The notes under the pieces are model-generated. The model made no database searches. It saw only the letters and a list, made by a program, of their open reading frames with translations, and was not told the DNA's origin. The position numbers and the translations under genes were made by a program. From assembly GCF_003334305.1 (NCBI RefSeq), contig NZ_QOWS01000031.1: a stretch of 37,766 bases of DNA. The stretch is one strand, 5' to 3'. The DNA comes from Escherichia coli. Lineage in GTDB: Bacteria > Pseudomonadota > Gammaproteobacteria > Enterobacterales > Enterobacteriaceae. Positions 1 to 9,879 of this stretch are shown here, piece by piece; position 1 is the first letter of the stretch; every line of letters begins with the position of its first letter.

Positions 1-156
1 ACCGACATCGTGGTGATGCGCATTATGTGTCGTCGCGGCTTCGAAATGGACTTTGCTGAACTGTTGCTGGAAGACTATAAAGCCTCCCTGAAATATCTCA
101 GCGATCACCCGAAACTGCAGGGTATTGCCCAGCAGAACAGCTTTAAACATACCTGA
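1..156 (+). CDS. gadB: Glutamate decarboxylase beta, C-terminal 51 codons (5' end outside window)
   Basis: Open frame from window edge to TGA at 154-156; translated tail ...[14 protein letters not shown] matches recalled GadB C-terminus; lies directly upstream of gadC as in the gadBC operon. Confidence 0.8.
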
Positions 157-176
157 TAACGTTTAACGGTAACGGT

Positions 177-202
177 GTCCCGAAACGAACCCGTTTCGGG
201 AC
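177..202 (+). other. Perfect 11-bp stem / 4-nt loop hairpin (GTCCCGAAACG-aacc-CGTTTCGGGAC) in gadB-gadC intergenic region; no T-tract
   Basis: Inverted repeat read directly from sequence; sits 21 nt after the gadB stop and 110 nt before the gadC start. Confidence 0.5.
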
Positions 203-311
203 AATTTCCAAAGTCTGTTCACTGGCATTAGCAACGGAAAATATTGTTCTGAATACGCTTCAGAACAAAACAGGTGCGGTTCCGACAGGAATACCGTTTT
301 AGGGGGATAAT

Positions 312-1847
312 ATGGCTACATCAGTACAGACAGGTAAAGCTAAGCAGCTCACATTACTCGGATTCTTTGCCATAACGGCATCGATGGTAATGGCTGTTTA
401 TGAATACCCTACCTTCGCAACATCGGGCTTTTCATTAGTCTTCTTCCTGCTATTAGGCGGGATTTTATGGTTTATTCCCGTGGGACTTTGTGCTGCGGAA
501 ATGGCCACCGTCGACGGCTGGGAAGAAGGTGGTGTCTTCGCCTGGGTATCAAATACTCTGGGGCCGAGATGGGGATTTGCAGCGATCTCATTTGGCTATC
601 TGCAAATCGCCATTGGTTTTATTCCGATGCTCTATTTCGTGTTAGGGGCACTCTCCTACATCCTGAAATGGCCAGCGCTGAATGAAGACCCCATTACCAA
701 AACTATTGCAGCGCTCATCATTCTTTGGGCGCTGGCATTAACGCAGTTTGGTGGCACGAAATACACGGCGCGAATTGCTAAAGTTGGCTTCTTCGCCGGT
801 ATCCTGTTACCTGCATTTATTTTGATCGCATTAGCGGCTATTTATCTGCACTCCGGTGCCCCCGTTGCTATCGAAATGGATTCGAAGACCTTCTTCCCTG
901 ACTTCTCTAAAGTGGGCACCCTGGTTGTATTTGTTGCCTTCATTTTGAGTTATATGGGCGTAGAAGCTTCCGCAACCCACGTCAATGAAATGAGTAACCC
1001 AGGGCGCGACTATCCACTGGCTATGTTACTGCTGATGGTGGCGGCAATCTGCTTAAGCTCTGTTGGCGGTTTATCTATTGCGATGGTCATTCCGGGTAAT
1101 GAAATCAACCTCTCCGCAGGTGTAATGCAAACCTTTACCGTTCTGATGTCCCATGTGGCACCGGAAATTGAGTGGACGGTTCGCGTGATCTCCGCACTGC
1201 TGTTGCTGGGTGTTCTGGCGGAAATCGCCTCCTGGATTGTTGGTCCTTCTCGCGGGATGTATGTCACAGCGCAGAAAAACCTGCTGCCAGCGGCATTCGC
1301 TAAAATGAACAAAAATGGCGTACCGGTAACGCTGGTCATTTCGCAGCTGGTGATTACTTCTATCGCGTTGATCATCCTCACCAATACCGGTGGCGGTAAC
1401 AACATGTCCTTCCTGATCGCTCTGGCGCTGACGGTGGTGATTTATCTGTGTGCTTATTTCATGCTGTTTATTGGCTACATTGTGTTGGTTCTTAAACATC
1501 CTGACTTAAAACGCACATTTAATATCCCTGGTGGTAAAGGGGTGAAACTGGTCGTGGCAATTGTCGGTCTGCTGACTTCAATTATGGCGTTTATTGTTTC
1601 CTTCCTGCCGCCGGATAACATCCAGGGTGATTCTACCGATATGTATGTTGAATTACTGGTTGTTAGTTTCCTGGTGGTACTTGCCCTGCCCTTTATTCTC
1701 TATGCTGTTCATGATCGTAAAGGCAAAGCGAATACCGGCGTCACTCTGGAGCCAATCAACAGTCAGAACGCACCAAAAGGTCACTTCTTCCTGCACCCGC
1801 GTGCACGTTCACCACACTATATTGTGATGAATGACAAGAAACACTAA
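312..1847 (+). CDS. gadC: Glutamate:GABA antiporter (APC family, 511 aa)
   Basis: 511-aa ORF, highly hydrophobic multi-TM protein; sequence recognised as GadC; SD-like AGGGGG upstream; follows gadB. Confidence 0.93.
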   Translation: MATSVQTGKAKQLTLLGFFAITASMVMAVYEYPTFATSGFSLVFFLLLGGILWFIPVGLCAAEMATVDGWEEGGVFAWVSNTLGPRWGFAAISFGYLQIAIGFIPMLYFVLGALSYILKWPALNEDPITKTIAALIILWALALTQFGGTKYTARIAKVGFFAGILLPAFILIALAAIYLHSGAPVAIEMDSKTFFPDFSKVGTLVVFVAFILSYMGVEASATHVNEMSNPGRDYPLAMLLLMVAAICLSSVGGLSIAMVIPGNEINLSAGVMQTFTVLMSHVAPEIEWTVRVISALLLLGVLAEIASWIVGPSRGMYVTAQKNLLPAAFAKMNKNGVPVTLVISQLVITSIALIILTNTGGGNNMSFLIALALTVVIYLCAYFMLFIGYIVLVLKHPDLKRTFNIPGGKGVKLVVAIVGLLTSIMAFIVSFLPPDNIQGDSTDMYVELLVVSFLVVLALPFILYAVHDRKGKANTGVTLEPINSQNAPKGHFFLHPRARSPHYIVMNDKKH

Positions 1848-1872
1848 CCATGTCTGAATGGTTATAAGACAA

Positions 1873-1900
1873 GGGAGCGATAAGTCATCGCTCCCTTTTT
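1873..1900 (+). terminator. Rho-independent terminator after gadC (GGGAGCGAT-loop-ATCGCTCCC followed by TTTTT)
   Basis: 9-bp GC-rich stem with 5-nt loop followed by T5 tract, 26 nt after the gadC stop. Confidence 0.7.
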
Positions 1901-1977
1901 CGTGCTTGCTGTCGTATTGACTTAACCGGGATAAGTACGAGAATGAGCGCACATCTGTTTACCGGAAACCAGCACAT

Positions 1978-3297
1978 ATGGATATCTGCTCCCGAAACAA
2001 GAAATTAACGATTAGAAGACCAGCGATACTAGTTGCACTGGCACTTTTACTGTGTAGTTGTAAAAGCACGCCTCCAGAGTCCATGGTGACACCACCAGCA
2101 GGTTCAAAGCCACCAGCCACGACGCAACAATCGTCACAACCGATGCGTGGCATCTGGCTGGCCACGGTTTCTCGGCTCGACTGGCCACCGGTTTCCTCGG
2201 TTAACATTAGTAACCCCACCAGCCGGGCCCGTGTACAACAACAGGCGATGATCGACAAACTGGATCATCTGCAACGTCTCGGCATAAACACGGTCTTTTT
2301 CCAGGTCAAGCCGGACGGTACCGCCCTGTGGCCATCGAAAATTTTGCCGTGGTCCGATCTTATGACCGGTAAGATTGGTGAAAATCCGGGTTACGATCCG
2401 CTGCAATTTATGCTCGACGAAGCCCACAAGCGTGGGATGAAAGTACACGCCTGGTTTAACCCCTATCGCGTATCGGTTAATACGAAGCCCGGTACTATCA
2501 GGGAACTGAATAGCACTCTGTCTCAACAACCGGCGAGCGTCTATGTGCAACACCGTGACTGGATCAGAACGTCTGGCGATCGCTTTGTCCTCGACCCGGG
2601 CATCCCTGAGGTTCAGGACTGGATCACATCAATAGTCGCTGAAGTGGTTTCCCGCTATCCGGTAGATGGCGTGCAGTTTGACGACTATTTCTATACTGAA
2701 TCACCGGGTTCACGGCTAAATGATAACGAAACGTACCGTAAATACGGAGGCGCATTTGCGTCAAAAGCAGACTGGCGGCGCAACAATACTCAGCAGTTAA
2801 TTGCAAAGGTATCACACACCATTAAAAGCATTAAGCCGGGAGTCGAATTTGGCGTTAGCCCGGCAGGCGTGTGGCGTAACCGATCACACGATCCGCTCGG
2901 TTCCGATACCCGAGGCGCGGCAGCCTATGACGAATCCTACGCTGACACCCGTCGATGGGTGGAACAAGGATTGCTGGATTACATTGCTCCCCAAATTTAC
3001 TGGCCGTTCTCACGGAGTGCCGCGCGTTATGACGTGTTGGCAAAATGGTGGGCGGATGTCGTTAAACCGACCAGGACCCGCCTGTATATCGGTATCGCCT
3101 TCTATAAAGTGGGTGAACCTTCAAAGATAGAGCCAGACTGGATGATTAACGGCGGCGTACCGGAACTGAAAAAGCAGCTCGATCTTAACGATGCGGTACC
3201 AGAAATTAGCGGCACCATCTTGTTCCGTGAGGACTATCTGAATAAACCGCAGACTCAACAAGCGGTCAGCTATCTGCAAAGTCGTTGGGGCAGTTAA
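1978..3297 (+). CDS. digH: Outer-membrane lipoprotein, glycoside-hydrolase-like (YddW/DigH family), 439 aa
   Basis: 439-aa ORF; N-terminal signal peptide with lipobox-like LLLCSC; sequence recognised as E. coli YddW (DigH). Confidence 0.85.
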   Translation: MDICSRNKKLTIRRPAILVALALLLCSCKSTPPESMVTPPAGSKPPATTQQSSQPMRGIWLATVSRLDWPPVSSVNISNPTSRARVQQQAMIDKLDHLQRLGINTVFFQVKPDGTALWPSKILPWSDLMTGKIGENPGYDPLQFMLDEAHKRGMKVHAWFNPYRVSVNTKPGTIRELNSTLSQQPASVYVQHRDWIRTSGDRFVLDPGIPEVQDWITSIVAEVVSRYPVDGVQFDDYFYTESPGSRLNDNETYRKYGGAFASKADWRRNNTQQLIAKVSHTIKSIKPGVEFGVSPAGVWRNRSHDPLGSDTRGAAAYDESYADTRRWVEQGLLDYIAPQIYWPFSRSAARYDVLAKWWADVVKPTRTRLYIGIAFYKVGEPSKIEPDWMINGGVPELKKQLDLNDAVPEISGTILFREDYLNKPQTQQAVSYLQSRWGS

Positions 3298-3668
3298 ACT
3301 CCCATGCTTACTTTGTAACAAGCCGGTGCTTTACCCACCGGCGTGTTACACCTTGTGAAATATCCCACTAGTAATCATGCTTACATAAGTCAAATTAACC
3401 ACGCAATTAACCACACTTAGTTAAACAGCTATAAATCCCTAATAAAAATGTATGAATATGAAAAACCATACGATATTCGCTGTCACCGAAAAATAATTAC
3501 GATGGGCTATACTCTTCTGAAGAACAGTAGCGTAGATTAAAACTGTCCTAAGTCGCTTATTTCTTTTCAGTATATCTTCATATTTCAGGAGAATATGGTG
3601 CAGTTAGTCGATCTCGCACGTTGCGTTTTGATTCCGTCTGATTTCCCAGCCTTATAAGGGTGTGAATT
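3298..3668 (+). promoter_or_regulatory. AT-rich intergenic region upstream of dosCP; probable promoter region
   Basis: 371-bp non-coding AT-rich gap between digH and dosC; no credible ORF with SD; exact promoter elements not resolved. Confidence 0.35.
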
Positions 3669-5051
3669 ATGGAGATGTATTTTAAAAGAATGAAAGATGA
3701 GTGGACCGGACTTGTCGAACAGGCAGATCCTTTCATTCGTGCTAAAGCCGCAGAAATTGCCCTTGCGCATGCTCATTATCTGAGTATCGAGTTTTATCGA
3801 ATTGTCCGCATCGACCCGCATGCCGAAGAATTCTTGAGTAATGAACAAGTTGAGCGGCAGTTGAAAAGTGCGATGGAACGCTGGATTATTAACGTGCTTT
3901 CTGCCCAGGTTGACGATGTCGAAAGGCTAATACAAATCCAGCATACCGTCGCGGAAGTGCATGCCCGCATAGGAATTCCGGTAGAAATTGTCGAGATGGG
4001 GTTTCGGGTGCTGAAAAAAATCCTCTATCCGGTAATCTTCTCTTCGGATTATTCCGCCGCAGAAAAACTTCAGGTCTACCATTTCTCGATTAACAGTATT
4101 GATATCGCTATGGAAGTGATGACCCGCGCGTTTACCTTTAGTGACAGTAGTGCCTCAAAGGAAGATGAAAACTATCGTATCTTCTCGTTACTGGAAAACG
4201 CCGAAGAAGAAAAAGAACGGCAAATAGCCTCAATACTTTCATGGGAAATAGATATTATCTATAAAGTCCTGCTGGATTCTGATTTAGGCAGCAGTTTGCC
4301 TTTAAGCCAGGCTGATTTTGGCCTGTGGTTTAACCATAAAGGTCGACATTATTTTAGCGGCATTGCCGAAGTGGGCCATATCTCCCGTCTGATTCAGGAT
4401 TTCGACGGTATTTTCAATCAAACCATGCGTAACACCAGGAATTTGAATAACAGAAGTTTGCGGGTGAAATTTCTATTACAGATAAGAAATACCGTATCGC
4501 AGATTATTACCTTGCTGCGTGAATTGTTTGAAGAAGTATCGCGCCACGAAGTCGGTATGGATGTACTGACGAAATTACTTAACCGCCGTTTCCTGCCGAC
4601 TATCTTCAAACGCGAAATTGCCCATGCCAACCGGACCGGTACACCACTGTCAGTGCTGATTATTGACGTTGATAAATTCAAAGAGATCAACGATACGTGG
4701 GGCCATAACACTGGCGATGAAATTCTGCGTAAAGTCTCTCAGGCCTTTTATGACAACGTCCGCAGTAGTGATTATGTTTTTCGCTACGGGGGCGATGAAT
4801 TTATCATTGTTTTGACTGAAGCTTCTGAAAACGAAACGTTACGTACCGCAGAACGTATTCGCAGTCGGGTGGAGAAAACCAAACTGAAAGCCGCAAACGG
4901 CGAGGATATTGCCCTCTCACTTTCCATCGGTGCCGCCATGTTTAATGGTCATCCTGACTATGAGCGCCTCATTCAAATAGCCGATGAAGCTCTGTATATC
5001 GCCAAAAGACGAGGTAGAAACCGTGTTGAACTCTGGAAAGCCAGTCTTTAG
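3669..5051 (+). CDS. dosC: Heme (globin-coupled) oxygen-sensing diguanylate cyclase, 460 aa
   Basis: 460-aa ORF; C-terminal GGDEF domain with intact RYGGDEF motif; N-terminal globin-sensor-like region; recognised as DosC (YddV). Confidence 0.9.
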   Translation: MEMYFKRMKDEWTGLVEQADPFIRAKAAEIALAHAHYLSIEFYRIVRIDPHAEEFLSNEQVERQLKSAMERWIINVLSAQVDDVERLIQIQHTVAEVHARIGIPVEIVEMGFRVLKKILYPVIFSSDYSAAEKLQVYHFSINSIDIAMEVMTRAFTFSDSSASKEDENYRIFSLLENAEEEKERQIASILSWEIDIIYKVLLDSDLGSSLPLSQADFGLWFNHKGRHYFSGIAEVGHISRLIQDFDGIFNQTMRNTRNLNNRSLRVKFLLQIRNTVSQIITLLRELFEEVSRHEVGMDVLTKLLNRRFLPTIFKREIAHANRTGTPLSVLIIDVDKFKEINDTWGHNTGDEILRKVSQAFYDNVRSSDYVFRYGGDEFIIVLTEASENETLRTAERIRSRVEKTKLKAANGEDIALSLSIGAAMFNGHPDYERLIQIADEALYIAKRRGRNRVELWKASL

Positions 5052-5075
5052 ATGCGCCAGGATGCAGAGGTAATC

Positions 5076-7475
5076 ATGAAGCTAACCGATGCGGATAATG
5101 CCGCCGATGGCATTTTTTTCCCCGCCCTTGAGCAAAATATGATGGGTGCGGTGTTAATTAACGAAAATGATGAAGTGATGTTTTTCAACCCCGCCGCAGA
5201 GAAGCTCTGGGGGTACAAACGTGAAGAAGTCATTGGCAATAACATTGATATGCTGATTCCGCGGGATTTGCGTCCTGCGCATCCTGAATACATTCGTCAT
5301 AACCGTGAAGGCGGTAAAGCGCGTGTCGAGGGGATGAGTCGGGAGCTGCAGCTGGAGAAAAAAGACGGCAGTAAAATCTGGACCCGTTTTGCGCTATCGA
5401 AAGTGAGCGCCGAGGGGAAAGTTTATTACCTGGCGCTGGTACGGGATGCCAGCGTAGAAATGGCGCAAAAAGAACAGACTCGACAATTGATTATTGCCGT
5501 TGACCATCTCGACCGACCGGTGATTGTCCTCGATCCGGAACGCCATATTGTGCAGTGCAATCGCGCATTTACCGAAATGTTTGGTTACTGCATTAGCGAA
5601 GCCAGCGGTATGCAGCCCGATACACTCCTGAACATTCCTGAATTCCCTGCCGATAACCGCATTCGTTTACAACAGTTGCTATGGAAAACCGCCCGCGATC
5701 AGGATGAATTTCTGCTGTTGACGCGCACCGGTGAAAAAATCTGGATTAAAGCCTCTATCAGCCCGGTTTATGACGTGCTCGCGCATCTGCAGAACCTGGT
5801 AATGACCTTCTCGGATATCACCGAAGAACGGCAAATCCGCCAGCTTGAAGGCAATATTCTCGCCGCCATGTGCAGCAGCCCGCCATTTCATGAAATGGGG
5901 GAAATCATTTGTCGTAACATCGAATCTGTTCTCAACGAATCGCATGTTTCGCTGTTCGCACTGCGCAACGGGATGCCGATACACTGGGCGTCATCTTCCC
6001 ACGGTGCAGAAGTTCAAAATGCGCAAAGCTGGTCAGCGACCATTCGTCAGCGTGATGGCGCGCCTGCGGGGATCCTGCAAATTAAAACCTCGTCAGGAGC
6101 AGAAACCAGCGCCTTTATCGAACGCGTGGCAGATATCAGTCAGCATATGGCCGCGCTGGCGCTGGAACAGGAAAAAAGCCGCCAGCATATTGAACAACTC
6201 ATCCAATTTGATCCGATGACCGGTCTGCCAAATCGCATTAACCTGCACAATTACCTCGATGACCTGGTCGACAAAGCCGTCTCTCCGGTGGTGTATCTCA
6301 TCGGTGTTGACCATATTCAGGATGTGATTGATAGCCTTGGCTATGCGTGGGCCGATCAGGCATTGCTGGAAGTGGTCAATCGCTTTCGTGAAAAACTCAA
6401 ACCGGATCAGTATCTCTGTCGTATCGAAGGTACGCAGTTTGTCCTCGTGAGCCTGGAAAACGACGTCAGTAACATTACCCAAATCGCCGATGAGCTACGG
6501 AATGTGGTCAGCAAGCCGATAATGATTGACGATAAACCCTTCCCGCTTACCTTGAGTATTGGCATCAGCTACGACGTGGGTAAAAACCGCGATTACCTGC
6601 TCTCCACTGCTCACAATGCAATGGATTATATTCGCAAGAATGGCGGTAACGGCTGGCAGTTCTTCAGCCCGGCGATGAACGAAATGGTAAAAGAGCGTTT
6701 GGTTTTAGGCGCAGCGCTGAAAGAAGCGATTAGCAATAACCAACTGAAACTTGTTTACCAGCCGCAAATCTTCGCAGAAACGGGTGAACTGTACGGCATC
6801 GAAGCCCTTGCGCGCTGGCACGATCCCCAGCATGGTCATGTGCCCCCTTCACGGTTTATTCCTCTCGCAGAAGAGATTGGTGAAATCGAAAATATTGGGC
6901 GCTGGGTCATCGCGGAAGCTTGCCGTCAGTTAGCAGAATGGCGTAGCCAGAATATTCATATCCCGGCGCTTTCCGTTAACTTGTCGGCACTGCACTTTCG
7001 CAGTAATCAACTGCCTAATCAGGTGTCTGATGCAATGCACGCCTGGGGTATTGACGGCCACCAGCTGACGGTAGAAATCACGGAAAGCATGATGATGGAA
7101 CACGATACCGAAATCTTTAAGCGCATTCAGATCCTGCGTGATATGGGCGTGGGCTTATCGGTAGATGATTTTGGTACGGGCTTTTCCGGATTATCCCGCT
7201 TAGTCAGTCTTCCGGTAACGGAAATCAAAATTGACAAAAGTTTTGTCGATCGTTGTCTGACCGAAAAACGCATCCTTGCCTTACTTGAAGCCATTACCAG
7301 CATTGGGCAAAGCCTCAATTTAACCGTCGTGGCGGAAGGCGTCGAAACCAAAGAGCAATTTGAGATGCTACGCAAGATCCACTGTCGCGTTATTCAGGGA
7401 TATTTCTTTTCCCGCCCCCTACCCGCCGAAGAAATTCCAGGCTGGATGAGCAGCGTGTTACCGCTGAAAATCTGA
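5076..7475 (+). CDS. dosP: Heme-PAS oxygen-sensing c-di-GMP phosphodiesterase (PAS-PAS-GGDEF-like-EAL), 799 aa
   Basis: ORF open from 5052 but ATG at 5076 is preceded by GAGGT SD (5064-5068) and gives 799 aa; EAL motif (YGIEALARW) present; recognised as DosP (YddU). Confidence 0.88.
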   Translation: MKLTDADNAADGIFFPALEQNMMGAVLINENDEVMFFNPAAEKLWGYKREEVIGNNIDMLIPRDLRPAHPEYIRHNREGGKARVEGMSRELQLEKKDGSKIWTRFALSKVSAEGKVYYLALVRDASVEMAQKEQTRQLIIAVDHLDRPVIVLDPERHIVQCNRAFTEMFGYCISEASGMQPDTLLNIPEFPADNRIRLQQLLWKTARDQDEFLLLTRTGEKIWIKASISPVYDVLAHLQNLVMTFSDITEERQIRQLEGNILAAMCSSPPFHEMGEIICRNIESVLNESHVSLFALRNGMPIHWASSSHGAEVQNAQSWSATIRQRDGAPAGILQIKTSSGAETSAFIERVADISQHMAALALEQEKSRQHIEQLIQFDPMTGLPNRINLHNYLDDLVDKAVSPVVYLIGVDHIQDVIDSLGYAWADQALLEVVNRFREKLKPDQYLCRIEGTQFVLVSLENDVSNITQIADELRNVVSKPIMIDDKPFPLTLSIGISYDVGKNRDYLLSTAHNAMDYIRKNGGNGWQFFSPAMNEMVKERLVLGAALKEAISNNQLKLVYQPQIFAETGELYGIEALARWHDPQHGHVPPSRFIPLAEEIGEIENIGRWVIAEACRQLAEWRSQNIHIPALSVNLSALHFRSNQLPNQVSDAMHAWGIDGHQLTVEITESMMMEHDTEIFKRIQILRDMGVGLSVDDFGTGFSGLSRLVSLPVTEIKIDKSFVDRCLTEKRILALLEAITSIGQSLNLTVVAEGVETKEQFEMLRKIHCRVIQGYFFSRPLPAEEIPGWMSSVLPLKI

Positions 7476-7672
7476 CAAATTCCTCTCGCCCGCACTCGCG
7501 GGTTTTCATTTAACGTGACACTGTCACTTAAATACTGTGATTTCAGCTACGATTCCGGGAGATTCCTTCCTTAACTTCCCCTCTTGCACCAAAACTGCAC
7601 TACGCTGCACAAATGTTGATCAAAAGTTAAAAAATATAACTTTAAGCCAGCATTCTGGCGCTTATCCCGGCA

Positions 7673-7689
7673 TGGCATGAGATCTGCAT
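7673..7689 (+). promoter_or_regulatory. Candidate sigma-54 (-24/-12) promoter TGGCATG-N4-CTGCAT upstream of ddpX
   Basis: TGGCATGAGATCTGCAT matches consensus TGGCACG-N4-TTGCW at GG and GC with correct spacing; about 45 nt upstream of ddpX ATG; TGCAC repeats at 7585-7610 could be an activator site. Confidence 0.35.
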
Positions 7690-7732
7690 AAGCGGAAAGC
7701 GCAGCAATTTTTGTCTTATACAGGAACCGTTT

Positions 7733-8314
7733 ATGTCGGATACCACCGAACTGGTTGATTTAGCCGTAATCTTCCCTGATCTGGAGATCGAATTGAAATA
7801 CGCCTGCGCTGATAACATCACAGGTAAAGCTATTTATCAGCAAGCGCGTTGTCTGCTACACAAGGATGCGATTACCGCGCTGGCGAAAAGTATCAGTATC
7901 GCCCAGCTGTCAGGCTTACAACTGGTGATTTACGATGCGTATCGCCCACAACAAGCACAGGCGATGTTGTGGCAAGCCTGCCCAGACCCGCAATATGTTG
8001 TTGATGTGACGGTCGGTTCTAATCACAGCCGTGGCACGGCGATCGACCTGACGCTTCGTGATGAGCACGGGAACATCCTCGATATGGGCGCAGGGTTCGA
8101 TGAAATGCACGAGCGCTCCCATGCCTATCACCCTTCCGTCCCGCCCGCCGCTCAGCGCAATCGGCTGTTGCTGAATGCGATAATGACTGGTGGCGGTTTT
8201 GTCGGTATCTCCAGCGAATGGTGGCACTTCGAATTACCCCAGGCAGCGAGTTACCCTCTGCTCGCTGATCAATTCACCTGTTTTATATCCCCTGGCACAC
8301 AACACGTCAGTTAA
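7733..8314 (+). CDS. ddpX: D-Ala-D-Ala dipeptidase (VanX family, Zn-dependent), 193 aa
   Basis: 193-aa ORF with VanX-type motifs (SNHSRGTAIDL, EWWHFE); first gene of ddp cluster. Confidence 0.9.
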   Translation: MSDTTELVDLAVIFPDLEIELKYACADNITGKAIYQQARCLLHKDAITALAKSISIAQLSGLQLVIYDAYRPQQAQAMLWQACPDPQYVVDVTVGSNHSRGTAIDLTLRDEHGNILDMGAGFDEMHERSHAYHPSVPPAAQRNRLLLNAIMTGGGFVGISSEWWHFELPQAASYPLLADQFTCFISPGTQHVS

Positions 8315-8327
8315 TCAGGAAACTGTC

Positions 8328-9878
8328 ATGAAGAGATCGATACCGTTTCGTCCCACATTGCTCGCGCTCGTCCTTGCCACAAATTTCCCGGTTGCGCACG
8401 CCGCCGTACCGAAAGATATGCTGGTGATTGGTAAGGCCGCCGATCCACAAACCCTCGACCCGGCGGTAACAATAGATAATAACGACTGGACGGTGACCTA
8501 CCCGTCTTATCAGCGGCTGGTTCAGTACAAAACGGACGGTGATAAAGGCTCAACCGACGTTGAAGGCGATCTGGCAAGTAGCTGGAAAGCGTCTGACGAT
8601 CAAAAAGAGTGGACGTTCACCCTGAAGGACAATGCTAAATTTGCCGATGGCACACCGGTCACTGCCGAAGCAGTAAAACTCTCTTTTGAGCGGCTACTAA
8701 AAATCGGCCAGGGGCCAGCAGAAGCATTTCCCAAAGATTTAAAGATTGATGCTCCCGACGAACATACGGTGAAGTTTACCCTTAGCCAGCCATTCGCACC
8801 GTTCCTCTACACGCTGGCGAATGACGGTGCATCCATTATCAATCCGGCGGTGTTAAAGGAACATGCGGCGGATGATGCCCGCGGCTTCCTCGCGCAAAAT
8901 ACCGCCGGTTCCGGACCATTTATGCTGAAAAGCTGGCAAAAAGGTCAGCAATTAGTTCTGGTGCCAAATCCGCATTACCCCGGCAATAAACCGAACTTTA
9001 AGCGAGTATCGGTAAAAATTATCGGTGAAAGTGCCTCCCGTCGCCTGCAGCTCTCCCGTGGCGACATTGACATTGCCGATGCGCTGCCGGTGGATCAACT
9101 CAACGCCCTGAAGCAGGAAAATAAAGTCAATGTGGCAGAGTATCCGTCACTGCGCGTTACCTATCTGTATCTGAATAACAGCAAAGCGCCTCTTAATCAG
9201 GCGGATCTGCGTCGGGCCATTTCCTGGTCTACCGATTATCAGGGCATGGTTAACGGCATTCTGAGTGGTAACGGAAAACAGATGCGCGGCCCGATTCCGG
9301 AAGGCATGTGGGGCTACGATGCGACGGCAATGCAATACAACCATGACGAAACGAAAGCCAAAGCCGAATGGGATAAAGTGACGAGCAAACCCACCAGCCT
9401 GACGTTTCTCTACTCCGATAACGATCCGAACTGGGAGCCTATTGCTTTGGCGACACAATCCAGTCTCAACAAGCTGGGTATCAATGTGAAGCTGGAAAAG
9501 CTGGCGAACGCCACCATGCGCGACAGAGTGGGTAAAGGTGATTACGACATTGCGATTGGCAACTGGAGTCCGGATTTTGCCGACCCGTATATGTTTATGA
9601 ATTACTGGTTTGAGTCAGACAAAAAAGGTCTGCCGGGTAACCGCTCGTTCTATGAAAACAGTGAGGTCGATAAGTTACTGCGCAATGCGCTTGCGACCAC
9701 CGACCAGACGCAGCGTACCCGGGACTACCAGCAGGCACAGAAAATCGTCATTGATGACGCTGCTTATGTGTACCTGTTCCAGAAAAACTACCAACTGGCG
9801 ATGAACAAAGAGGTGAAAGGCTTTGTGTTCAATCCCATGCTGGAACAGGTCTTCAATATCAATACCATGAGTAAATAA
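8328..9878 (+). CDS. ddpA: Periplasmic D,D-dipeptide-binding protein (ABC substrate-binding, family 5), 516 aa
   Basis: ORF open from 8190, but ATG at 8328 gives N-terminal signal peptide (MKRSIPFRPTLLALVLATNFPVAHA) and 516 aa; preceded by AGGA. Confidence 0.9.
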   Translation: MKRSIPFRPTLLALVLATNFPVAHAAVPKDMLVIGKAADPQTLDPAVTIDNNDWTVTYPSYQRLVQYKTDGDKGSTDVEGDLASSWKASDDQKEWTFTLKDNAKFADGTPVTAEAVKLSFERLLKIGQGPAEAFPKDLKIDAPDEHTVKFTLSQPFAPFLYTLANDGASIINPAVLKEHAADDARGFLAQNTAGSGPFMLKSWQKGQQLVLVPNPHYPGNKPNFKRVSVKIIGESASRRLQLSRGDIDIADALPVDQLNALKQENKVNVAEYPSLRVTYLYLNNSKAPLNQADLRRAISWSTDYQGMVNGILSGNGKQMRGPIPEGMWGYDATAMQYNHDETKAKAEWDKVTSKPTSLTFLYSDNDPNWEPIALATQSSLNKLGINVKLEKLANATMRDRVGKGDYDIAIGNWSPDFADPYMFMNYWFESDKKGLPGNRSFYENSEVDKLLRNALATTDQTQRTRDYQQAQKIVIDDAAYVYLFQKNYQLAMNKEVKGFVFNPMLEQVFNINTMSK

Positions 9879-9879
9879 C

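Noticed and set aside
1010-1499. Minus-strand ORFs (1010..1405, 1071..1499) inside gadC
   Set aside because: Antisense to a clearly real transporter gene; translations are low-complexity with no start-site support.
3585-3848. 87-aa minus-strand ORF spanning the digH-dosC intergenic region and the dosC start
   Set aside because: Overlaps the dosC 5' end in antisense, lies in an AT-rich promoter region, has no SD and no recognisable product.
8190-8327. N-terminally extended starts in the ORF track (ddpA from 8190, maeA from 15105, adhP from 16942, yddM from 18051, fdnI from 19159, narU from 26335, narZ from 27808, yddH from 36556, pptA from 37470, dosP from 5052)
   Set aside because: Internal ATGs with proper SD spacing give the recalled protein lengths; the extensions overlap upstream genes or lack an RBS.
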